DNA from: Verrucomicrobiota bacterium
Lineage (GTDB): Bacteria > Verrucomicrobiota > Lentisphaeria > Lentisphaerales > Lentisphaeraceae
Direction of reading: 5' to 3'
Assembly: GCA_039798785.1 (NCBI GenBank)
Contig: JBDKFG010000024.1
Location: 32,001-96,000 of the forward strand
Length of the DNA: 64,000 bases
Below are positions 47,611 to 55,887 of this stretch, in pieces. Every line of letters begins with the position of its first letter. The stretch's first letter is position 1. Made by a program: the position numbers and the translations under genes. Below the pieces are notes generated by a model. It was not told the origin of the DNA. It worked only from the letters and a program-made list of their open reading frames with translations, and searched no databases.

Positions 47611-48831
47611 ATGATCAAATCCGTCAGCACCCGCGACCTCCGCTTCCCCATCGGCTCCGGCCATGGCTCCGACGCCATCCACCGCGACCCGATCTACTCC
47701 TACGCCACCTTGCTGCTGCATGACGACTCCGGCCACGTCGGCACCGGCCTCGCCTTCACCCTCGGCGAAGGCAACGACCTGGTCTGCAAGGCCGCCGAAT
47801 TCTACGCCCAGCGCCTCATCCGCACCGACATCGAGGAAGTCATGGCCGACTTCGGCCGCATCCAAAAGGAAATGGCCGACGAACAGCAGTTCCGCTGGCT
47901 CGGCCCCCACAAGGGCGTCGTCCAGCTCGCCCTCGCCGCCGTCACCAACGCCTGCTGGGACCTCTGGGCCAAGAAGCGCGGCGTCCCCCTCTGGCAGCTC
48001 CTCCTCGACCTCAGCCCCGAGCAAGTCGTCGCCACCCTCGATCTGAGCTACCTCGAGGACTACCTGCCCGCCTCGGAAGCGCTCGGAATCTTGCGCAATG
48101 CGCAACCCAGCCGCGACAGCCGCCGCGGCGTCCTCAAGGCCGGCTACCCCGGCTACGACACCTCCGTCGGCTGGTTCAACTACTCCGACGAACAGGTCCG
48201 CGAGAACTGCAAAAAAGCCGTCGCCGCCGGCTTCACCGCGATGAAGCTCAAGGTCGGCTCGAAGGAATCCGAACGCGACATCCGCCGCGCCAAGATCGTC
48301 CGCGAAGTCGCCGGCCCCGACATCCGCGTCATGGTCGACGCCAACCAGCAATGGACCCTGCCGCAGGCGATCAAGGTCTGCACCGATCTGCTGCCGATGG
48401 ACCCCTTCTGGGTCGAGGAGCCCACCCACCCCGACGACGTCCTCGCCCACAAGACCCTCGCCAACATCATCGGCCGCCACCGCGTCGCCACCGGCGAACA
48501 CGTCCCCAACCGCGTCCTCTTCAAGAACTACCTGCAGCTCGAGTGCCTCGGCTTCTGCCAGGTCGACGCCGTCCGCGTCGCCGGCGTCAGCGAATTCCTC
48601 GCCATCAGCCTGATGTCCCGCAAGGCTGGCGTCCCGGTCGTGCCCCACGTCGGCGACATGGGCCAACTGCACCAGCACCTGGTGCTCTTCAACCACATCG
48701 GCATGGACCACCAGGCCCTCTTCCTCGAGCACATCCCGCACCTCAAGAAGCACTTCGTCCACCCGGTCAAGGTCGAGGGCGGCGTCTACGCCACCCCGCA
48801 GGAGATCGGCTCCGGTTGCGACCTCAAGTAA
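47611..48831 (+). CDS. L-fuconate dehydratase (enolase superfamily)
   Basis: DLRFP..GSDAIH.DP.YS, RWLGPHKGV, KLKVG, MVDANQ, WVEEPTHPDD, VATGEH. Confidence 0.9.
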   Translation: MIKSVSTRDLRFPIGSGHGSDAIHRDPIYSYATLLLHDDSGHVGTGLAFTLGEGNDLVCKAAEFYAQRLIRTDIEEVMADFGRIQKEMADEQQFRWLGPHKGVVQLALAAVTNACWDLWAKKRGVPLWQLLLDLSPEQVVATLDLSYLEDYLPASEALGILRNAQPSRDSRRGVLKAGYPGYDTSVGWFNYSDEQVRENCKKAVAAGFTAMKLKVGSKESERDIRRAKIVREVAGPDIRVMVDANQQWTLPQAIKVCTDLLPMDPFWVEEPTHPDDVLAHKTLANIIGRHRVATGEHVPNRVLFKNYLQLECLGFCQVDAVRVAGVSEFLAISLMSRKAGVPVVPHVGDMGQLHQHLVLFNHIGMDHQALFLEHIPHLKKHFVHPVKVEGGVYATPQEIGSGCDLK

Positions 48832-48853
48832 GCAAGGTTGCCGACGGGGAAGC

Positions 48854-50311
48854 TCAGCTCGAGAAAGAGCTGCTGCTTCGCGACCAGGAGCCGCCGGACG
48901 AGCGTGAGGAGCTGGATCGCGAGGAGCTGGAGAGGAACGAACTCGACCCGGACGAGTTGGAACTGCTGCTCGAATAGCTCGGTTGGAGCGGTGGCGGGCT
49001 CATCCAGGAGAAGAGGCTGTTGCGGCGGCTCGGAGACCATTGCGCCGCGGCGGGACGGCTGTCGACGCCTGGCAGACTGCTGGAGCTGCGGTTCCATCCG
49101 TAGTGGTTGAGGAAGACAGGATACCAATGGCTATGGCCGAGATAGGTGTGGGGAGCCGCGCTGGCCTGGGCGCTTGAGCTGGCCGGGCTGCCGGAGCTGA
49201 TTGCGGCGTGACTTGCCGAGCCAGGAAGCGGCTGGTTTTGCGGTTCGAGCAAATCCATCGGGAAGAGTTTGACCGCGATGTTAGCTTCCTTGTAATCGTT
49301 CAAGACTTCGTTGAGGTCGTCCGACTCCTGCAGCTTCTTGCTGTCCGGGATGATGCAGAGGAGCGAGGTGACCCCTTGCTCCTTGAGCCGGGCGGCGTCG
49401 GGCAGGCGGACACGGTAGCGGTTGTCGAAGACACCGCTGGAGTTGTCGTAATACGCGAGCCGTTTGGCGTCGCAGATGAAGACCGGCGGGGCCTCGGGGC
49501 GGCGCTCGGCTGCGGATTCGGCGAATTCCGGCAGCCAGAAGAGCGTGGCGCCGAGGGTCTCGTGCGCCGGCACCAGTCCCTTGGGATGCGGCCAGTTGCT
49601 GAAGGTGCTGACCGGGGTGAAATCGGGCGAGAGGGCCGCCGCGGCGGCGACGGCTTCGGATCCGGGCAGGTCGATGAGGAGGGCCAGGCCTTCGACCTTG
49701 TCGCTGGCGAGAGCTTTTCGCAGCTCGGCGGCGCGATCGTGGGCGCGGCGGTCGGACTCGGCGACGCGCGGACGGATCTGATCCTGATGGATGCCGGAGT
49801 TGGCAGGGAAGCTGTAGAGCTGCCGCTGTTCATAGGGCTGCCAAGTCGGGCCGGGTTTCATGGTCTCGGCCAGGTTGCTGATCCTCTCCATCCAGCCGGC
49901 GCCGCCGCGGCAGTCGATTTCGCAGGCTGCCGCGTCGGCGGGCCAGGATTGTCCGGCGTCGAGGGCGGGGGAGACGGGAGGCGCAGGAGGCGTGTACGTT
50001 GCCGGGGCATAGCCCGACGGAGAGTAGCCGGAGAAGTCGCGATGAGAGGAGCAGGGGCCAATGCTGCCGAGGAAGGTCAACAACATCGGCAAGCCGACGG
50101 CGGCGGCGAGGCAGCCTTTGGCGCCGTTGACGATGTTCAAGGCGTTCTGCGCGTCGCTCCATTCGCTGTCGGGACGGATCGACTGGCGCAGGGGGCGCGA
50201 GGCGAAGCGTTCCACCGGACTGGCCTTGGCGCGTTGCCAGCGGACGGCGAGCAGGGTGGGCGAGTCGAAGAAGGATTCAACTGCGAAAGGGGCTGGGGCG
50301 GGAGAGTTCAT
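48854..50311 (-). CDS. hypothetical membrane protein with Ser/Arg/Gly-rich C-terminal tail
   Basis: One TM helix, a globular domain (LIDLPG..AV, FSNWPHPKG, FDNRY) and tail SSSRSSSSRSSGGSWSRSSSSFSS. Confidence 0.75.
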   Translation of the reverse strand: MNSPAPAPFAVESFFDSPTLLAVRWQRAKASPVERFASRPLRQSIRPDSEWSDAQNALNIVNGAKGCLAAAVGLPMLLTFLGSIGPCSSHRDFSGYSPSGYAPATYTPPAPPVSPALDAGQSWPADAAACEIDCRGGAGWMERISNLAETMKPGPTWQPYEQRQLYSFPANSGIHQDQIRPRVAESDRRAHDRAAELRKALASDKVEGLALLIDLPGSEAVAAAAALSPDFTPVSTFSNWPHPKGLVPAHETLGATLFWLPEFAESAAERRPEAPPVFICDAKRLAYYDNSSGVFDNRYRVRLPDAARLKEQGVTSLLCIIPDSKKLQESDDLNEVLNDYKEANIAVKLFPMDLLEPQNQPLPGSASHAAISSGSPASSSAQASAAPHTYLGHSHWYPVFLNHYGWNRSSSSLPGVDSRPAAAQWSPSRRNSLFSWMSPPPLQPSYSSSSSNSSGSSSFLSSSSRSSSSRSSGGSWSRSSSSFSS

Positions 50312-50322
50312 GGCAATTCAGA

Positions 50323-50405
50323 GGTTGGAAGGTTGAATGGCGGAGCGGCAGGCAGGGATTGCTAGGGCGTTCATTCAAGGGCTTGGACTTTCCAGCCTTT
50401 CAACC
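50323..50405. repeat. GGTTGAAA 8-mer inverted repeat
   Basis: GGTTGGAAGGTTGAA / TTCCAGCCTTTCAACC. Same unit as inside the 36350 MITE. Confidence 0.55.
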
Positions 50406-51646
50406 CGCTCATTGCGGATCAAAGTCGGGGCGGCGACAGCCGAGCCGTCGGTGGCGCCGTTGGAAAATCGGGTGAAGATACCGGAGGGGCGTCCGGCGAT
50501 CAGGAAGACGCCGTGGTTGGCGGTCTGGCCCTCGGCATTGGTCGTGGGGCGGAAGGCTCGTTGCAGGAGCCAGCGTCCCGGGGCGGCGGCGCTCAGGGCG
50601 GCGGCCCATTCGGCGTCGCTGCAGTCGCGGCCGAGGAACACCTCTTCACCTTCGCAGCCGTAGTCGCTCTTCAAGACCCAGGATTCGCGTTCGGCGAGGA
50701 CTTGCGGCAGCGGCAGGCTTTCGAGGCGACGTGACTCCGGCAGGTGGCGACGGGCGAGCTTGAGAGTGTCGGGCTGGAAAAGCTCAGGGCATTCGAAGGG
50801 CAGGGCAAGGACGCGCTTGTTCTGGGTGACGACCGTTCCCCAGGGGTTGATCACGGAGCAGAATCCGGCGAGCTGGGCGCGGCAGAGGACGGTGATGGGG
50901 GCGTCGAGGGGGGCGGCATCGGCGGGGGGAGCTTCGTCCCGCCAAAGGCTGTCGCGCTCGGTCCACCAGTCGGTCTTGTAGTGGCGGATGACGAGGTCAA
51001 GCGGCTGGCCGAAGAGGCGGGCTTCGCCGTCGGGGCCGCTGTCGAGGTTGAAGGGCGAGCCGAAGACACAATCCCAGCCATCATCGCGCAGCCAGGAGGC
51101 GAGGAGGCGGAGATGGAGGAGGTCTTCGGGCATTTCGGTAGGGTAGATCAGGCCCGCAAGCGGACGGCTCTTCCTTTGTTTCGCCTCGGGCAGGCTGAGG
51201 CGGGCGTAGTCTAGCCAGCGGGAGCGCAGGGCGGCGGAGGGATCGAGGCAGGAGGGGTGATCGGCGGCGGCGATGCGGCTGCCGGCGACGGTTTCGGCGA
51301 GGCCGGTGGGGGTATCGGAATTGATTTCGCAGACCTGGGGCCAGCGGGCGTCGTCGCAGAAGAAGACGTCGGCGCGGGCGAGGCCGAGCCAGCGTCCCTG
51401 GTCGAGGCGGGCGAGGACGCGGCGGGCCGGGCTGAGGCCGAGGAAATCTGCGATCTCGTCGGGCCGCTCGCGGGCGATCCCGGCGATTTCGTCGAGGACC
51501 AAGGCGAGCGCCGCGGCGGCTTCGGCGAGGAGGCCGGCCTGGTCGCGGCTGAGCAGGCAGGGTTCAGCGCGGAAGCGCAGGCGTCCGTCGACCCAGGGGT
51601 CTTCGACGCTGCCTTCGGCGAGATAGGAATCGGCGAGGCGGTCCAT
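50375..51646 (-). CDS. glutathionylspermidine synthase-like / circularly permuted ATP-grasp amidoligase
   Basis: ARADVF, CEINSDTPTG, INPWG...QNK, WVLKSDYGCEG.EV, LLQR, NHGVFLI. Confidence 0.85.
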   Translation of the reverse strand: MDRLADSYLAEGSVEDPWVDGRLRFRAEPCLLSRDQAGLLAEAAAALALVLDEIAGIARERPDEIADFLGLSPARRVLARLDQGRWLGLARADVFFCDDARWPQVCEINSDTPTGLAETVAGSRIAAADHPSCLDPSAALRSRWLDYARLSLPEAKQRKSRPLAGLIYPTEMPEDLLHLRLLASWLRDDGWDCVFGSPFNLDSGPDGEARLFGQPLDLVIRHYKTDWWTERDSLWRDEAPPADAAPLDAPITVLCRAQLAGFCSVINPWGTVVTQNKRVLALPFECPELFQPDTLKLARRHLPESRRLESLPLPQVLAERESWVLKSDYGCEGEEVFLGRDCSDAEWAAALSAAAPGRWLLQRAFRPTTNAEGQTANHGVFLIAGRPSGIFTRFSNGATDGSAVAAPTLIRNERVERLESPSP

Positions 51647-51650
51647 CGGT

Positions 51651-52445
51651 TCAGAATCCTCCTGCGATGAGGAGGGAGAGGGCGACATAGAACAGACCTT
51701 CGACCGCGGCGACCCCGAGGTCGCGGCGTTGCGCCACCGCGGCATCGAGATCGGCGGCGCGGCCGCGCAGGATGAGTCGGCTGAGGAGGATTTGGCGGCA
51801 GGGCCAGAGCAGGGGGATCCAGATCAGGGACAGGGCGTAGGCCTTGAGCGAGCTGGTCCAGCCGGAGAAGGGGCCGCTGAGGGCGGCGGCGGCGAGGACG
51901 GCGACGGCGACGCTCTGGCCGGCGGCGGCGAGGGCGGCGGCGCAGTTGCCGTCGGAGATCTCCTGCGCGTCGTCGTAGCGGGTGAGGAAGCGGTGCAGGG
52001 CGGCGGTGATCGCGAGGGTGGCGACGGCGATGGCGGTGAAGCCGGCGGCGACGGCAAAGGAGGCTGCGTCCTGTCCGCCCCAGCTCGAGCCGGCGAGGAT
52101 GGAGACGGCGAAGATCTGGGCGGCGAGGAGGATGACGGCGGCGGGATTGCCGGCGCGGGCGAGGGCCGGCAGGGCGCGGAAGGGCGAAGCGACGCTGAGC
52201 AGGAGGAGGGCGAGCGGGATGGTGAGCAGGGCGCCGCCGAGGTGGGCCGCTGACCAGAGCCATTCCGAGGCCGGGATGCGGCTGAGGGCTTCCCCGAGGT
52301 GGGAGCTGTCGAGGCGGTGTTCATTGACAAAGCTCCAGGTCTGGCGCATCCAGGAGAAGGAGACGCCGATCACCGCCAGGGCGATGGCGGCGCGAAGGAG
52401 GAAGGGGCTGGATTCTTCGGGGAGGGCGCTTTCACGGGTCGTCAT
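51651..52445 (-). CDS. DUF350 domain membrane protein (two repeats)
   Basis: LARAGNPAAVI, EISDGNCAAALAAAG, QRRDLGVAAVEG pattern. Multiple TM helices. AGGA before ATG 52445. Confidence 0.75.
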   Translation of the reverse strand: MTTRESALPEESSPFLLRAAIALAVIGVSFSWMRQTWSFVNEHRLDSSHLGEALSRIPASEWLWSAAHLGGALLTIPLALLLLSVASPFRALPALARAGNPAAVILLAAQIFAVSILAGSSWGGQDAASFAVAAGFTAIAVATLAITAALHRFLTRYDDAQEISDGNCAAALAAAGQSVAVAVLAAAALSGPFSGWTSSLKAYALSLIWIPLLWPCRQILLSRLILRGRAADLDAAVAQRRDLGVAAVEGLFYVALSLLIAGGF

Positions 52446-52485
52446 GAAGGATTCCTGGAGCTTGGAGGAGGTGGGGAGAAAAGGT

Positions 52486-53028
52486 TCAGCGGATCGCGTG
52501 AAGGTATTCGAAACCTTCGCCGCGCAGGTCATCGAGAGTGAAGCCGCCGGCATCGGGGCCGGGGCTCATGTAGAGTGAGTCGGCGAGGACGCCGGTGAAG
52601 TTGAGCAAGGGCGGCGTCTCGATCAGCCTGCGGAACTGATTGCGGAGGAACCATTGATTCTCCGGCAGGTCGCAGCGTTCTCCGAGAGTGGTTGCGGCGT
52701 TGCACTGGGATTCCAGCAGAAAGAGAAGGGTGACCACGACATGATCGCCCGAGGGGCATTCGCTGTCGAAATCCAAGGTCGCGACGGCCTCGAGTTCGGA
52801 GGCCCAGGTCTCGTGTTCCTGCTCGGCCTTGGCGGTGACGAAGTCCCAGACGCCGTAGCTGATCTGCGGCGTGGCGTCGCTGAGGATCAGCGAGGCCTGG
52901 CGCCAGAAATCGCGTTTCTCGTGGGTGCGGAGTCCGCGGCGATGGTTGCGGATGAGTTCGGCGAGGCGGCGGCGCAAATCGGAGCCGGGCCCGGCCTGGA
53001 TCGCGGCTTGCAGATAGAAGAGGATCAT
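52486..53028 (-). CDS. DUF1517-like protein
   Basis: LQAAI...LAEL...ASLIL...SYG...AEQEHETWASE...DHVVVTLL...DDL...YL matches my recollection of the DUF1517 pattern. Confidence 0.55.
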   Translation of the reverse strand: MILFYLQAAIQAGPGSDLRRRLAELIRNHRRGLRTHEKRDFWRQASLILSDATPQISYGVWDFVTAKAEQEHETWASELEAVATLDFDSECPSGDHVVVTLLFLLESQCNAATTLGERCDLPENQWFLRNQFRRLIETPPLLNFTGVLADSLYMSPGPDAGGFTLDDLRGEGFEYLHAIR

Positions 53029-53252
53029 GGCGTGTTCCTGTCGATGGATTTCAAGAATCTACTGGTGGCCTGCCCCCGAAAGCAAGTCCGAACTTGCCTG
53101 AATCGCGGAATTCGGGCGGCAGATTTCCCGCCGAGCATCGCCAGTCCCGCCTCGCGGCGCTTGCGGAGCGCGGCAATCGGCGTCTATATTCGGGCCGATC
53201 AAATCCTCCTGTATTGCCCACCTACTTCACCATGATTTCCCAAGGCCGCCCC

Positions 53253-54050
53253 ATGACCCCCGAGCTGCTCGCCAAAGAACGCCGACTTGCCTCCCTGCTT
53301 CAGGGAGAGCCGTTGGCCGTCGCCTGGTCCGGCGGGGTGGATTCCAGCTATCTCGCCGCGGTCGCCGCGGAAGTCCTGGGGAGGGATGCGGTGATGGTGA
53401 TCGCCGATTCGCCGTCGCTGCCGCGGCGCGAGCTGGCGGAGGCGATCGAGCTCGCCCAGGCGCGCGGCTGGACCTGCGAGATCCTGCCCACCGACGAGCT
53501 CAGCCAGGCCGACTACGTCGCCAACCGCGGCGACCGCTGCTATTTCTGCAAGGACGAACTCTTCCGCCGCATGGGCGAGTGGGCGCGCAGCAAGGGCATC
53601 AGCCGCCTCGCCTACGGCGCCATCATGGACGACATCGGCGAGCACCGTCCGGGAGCCCGCGCCGCCGCCGAACACGCCGTCCTGGCTCCTTTGCAGGCGG
53701 CGGGCCTGAGCAAGGCGGAGATCCGGATCCTGTCGGCCGGGCGCCTTCTGCCCACCGCTTCGAAGCCCTCTTTCGCCTGCCTGGCTTCACGGCTGCCGGT
53801 GGGCGAGACGGTGAGCGCAGCCAAGCTCAGCCAGATCGAGATGGCCGAGGAGATCCTCCGCCCCCTCGGCTTCAGCCAGTGGCGTGCCCGCCATCATGGC
53901 GACACCTGCCGGATTGAAATCCCGGCGTCGGAGTTCCCGCTGCTGATGGCGCGGGCCGCCGAGATCAACCGCCGGATCCTCGCCCTCGGCTACAAACACG
54001 TCAGCCTCGACCTCGGCGGCTACCGCAGCGGCTCAGTCAACGGGGTTTGA
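53253..54050 (+). CDS. larE: LarE-family ATP-dependent sulfur transferase
   Basis: AWSGGVDS PP-loop, RCYFCK, RPG, KAEIR, KPSFACLASR, RHHG..CRIE, LDLGGYRSGS. Confidence 0.93.
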   Translation: MTPELLAKERRLASLLQGEPLAVAWSGGVDSSYLAAVAAEVLGRDAVMVIADSPSLPRRELAEAIELAQARGWTCEILPTDELSQADYVANRGDRCYFCKDELFRRMGEWARSKGISRLAYGAIMDDIGEHRPGARAAAEHAVLAPLQAAGLSKAEIRILSAGRLLPTASKPSFACLASRLPVGETVSAAKLSQIEMAEEILRPLGFSQWRARHHGDTCRIEIPASEFPLLMARAAEINRRILALGYKHVSLDLGGYRSGSVNGV

Positions 54051-55797
54051 GGGCGGGCACGGCCTTGAGGAGTTCAGGGCGGTGGCGGAAGAAATGCAGC
54101 AGATCCAAGTAGTTCCTGTCGAAGTGCTCCTCGAAGTCCTGGAGCAAGGCGCTTGCCTGGGCGTTTTCTCCGAGTCTTTGGTGACGAAGGATCCTGCCAA
54201 TCCGTTGTTCTGCGGCATCGAGAGCGTCAAGCAAGGGGGGGGATTGCGTGTCGTCATGGAAGGAGGCGAGCAGGATCGACTCTTCTTGCGGCCGGCCGTT
54301 CAGGCCGAGAAGGTGAGACAAGACGCTGTCGAGATAGGCGTCATTGGAGCCCTCCTTCAAAAGGGCGGGGGCGAGCGAGGGGTCTTGCATCAGACGCAGG
54401 AGCAGTCGCTCGAAGGAATTGCCGTCGAGCAGAGGAAGCAAAGGCTTGGCGTCGAGATTCTGCCGGATCGCCAGTCGGCTCAGCCAGTCGAGAACGAAGC
54501 CCTCAGGCGGGGTGCTCCAATCCCGTCTGGCCATCCAGACATTGACTGCAGCCCGGTCAAGACTCAGTTGACGCTTGAGGATTTCCTCGAAGATCCATTC
54601 AGCGACCTTTAGGTCCTGCGGCAGTGCCTGGCAGAGAGCTCGCATAGCCGCTTCCTGCTCGGGGCCGATGGTGAGGGAGACTTTTTCGAGGAGTATGGGC
54701 AGCGCGTGGGGGGCGTCGTGGAGAGCGGCGTCGAGCTCGGCTCGGGCTTCCTTCGGCAAGCCGCGCAGAGTGAGGATGAGATAGCGGCGGAAATGCTCGT
54801 AAGCGGAATCGGCGATGCCTTGCAGATGGCACTCGACCGGATCCCGGGAAAGATCGACCGGCTTCGCGAAAGGTGCCGTGTAGCCGTGGGCAGCCAAGAA
54901 ATCTCCGGTGCGGAGTTTGTCTTTGTCGTTATTGAGTATCAGCGAGGCAAGGGTCTTCTCATTTTGGCTGGAGTGGCGGTCTGACCAGATGTGTTCGGCC
55001 AGATCATCGGCCAGTCCGGCGAGGAAGGCCTGATGGAGGGCGCGCAACTCGATGATGTCGCGGTTTTTTGAGAGGAGGCGTTGCGACTCCAGGGCGAGAC
55101 CGGAATCGCCAAGAACGCCGAGGAGCTCCATCAGGTGTTCCGGATCTTCGGCGAGCCCATCGGCCGGCATGGCATTCAATGCCGCCAGGCGGGCTTCGCG
55201 GCTTTCGGCGGCGAGGACCGGCAGGCAGTGGCGGACGGCGTCCAGACCTTCGTCGGCGAGGAGCTTGACGAAGGCCGGGTCTGAGAGCGCCAGTCGGGCG
55301 AACGAGGCGGAGGGCAGCCGAGACCTCTCGAGATGGGGGATCAGCGCCTGTGGCTCCAGTCGATAGAGAAGTCGCAGGAATAGCTCGTCGAGGTCTCCAT
55401 CGGAGCGCGGACGAAGATGGAGAAGCTCGAGGAGCAGACGTCGGTTGCCGGGCGTCGCTTCTGCCCATTTCAGCCAAGCGGCTTCCGGCACTGCTCCGAT
55501 TGCGGCCTCGACATGATCGATGATCAGGCTCTCAGGGCTGTCTCTTGGGTCTACGCCATTCTGATCCTCGCATTCGAAAATCGTTTTTGTGAGATGAGGC
55601 TCAAGGCGTCTCAATCCTTCCGGCCCTTGCATCTTGAGGAATTGGGAAAGAGCCAATCGGTCGAAGGATTGTTGCTGGGTGGCGCGAGTGAACTTCCTCA
55701 TAGCCTCTTCGGCTTTTTGAGAAGGCTGCAGCTCCTGGGGCGGCGCTGCTGGACTGGCGGCGAGCAGATGGGCGACGAAGAGGCAGTGCGGGCTCAT
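54037..55797 (-). CDS. hypothetical alpha-helical protein
   Basis: Long ORF, Leu-rich and helical. AGGAG before ATG 55797. No recognised motif. Confidence 0.6.
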   Translation of the reverse strand: MSPHCLFVAHLLAASPAAPPQELQPSQKAEEAMRKFTRATQQQSFDRLALSQFLKMQGPEGLRRLEPHLTKTIFECEDQNGVDPRDSPESLIIDHVEAAIGAVPEAAWLKWAEATPGNRRLLLELLHLRPRSDGDLDELFLRLLYRLEPQALIPHLERSRLPSASFARLALSDPAFVKLLADEGLDAVRHCLPVLAAESREARLAALNAMPADGLAEDPEHLMELLGVLGDSGLALESQRLLSKNRDIIELRALHQAFLAGLADDLAEHIWSDRHSSQNEKTLASLILNNDKDKLRTGDFLAAHGYTAPFAKPVDLSRDPVECHLQGIADSAYEHFRRYLILTLRGLPKEARAELDAALHDAPHALPILLEKVSLTIGPEQEAAMRALCQALPQDLKVAEWIFEEILKRQLSLDRAAVNVWMARRDWSTPPEGFVLDWLSRLAIRQNLDAKPLLPLLDGNSFERLLLRLMQDPSLAPALLKEGSNDAYLDSVLSHLLGLNGRPQEESILLASFHDDTQSPPLLDALDAAEQRIGRILRHQRLGENAQASALLQDFEEHFDRNYLDLLHFFRHRPELLKAVPALKPR

Positions 55798-55887
55798 GGG
55801 GTCTCCTGGGCTGGGAAGTCTCAAGCTCAAGATAATCCTCCGAGAGCCTTGACGCCAAATTGTCAACGCCGCGTCGTCACGCCTGGA

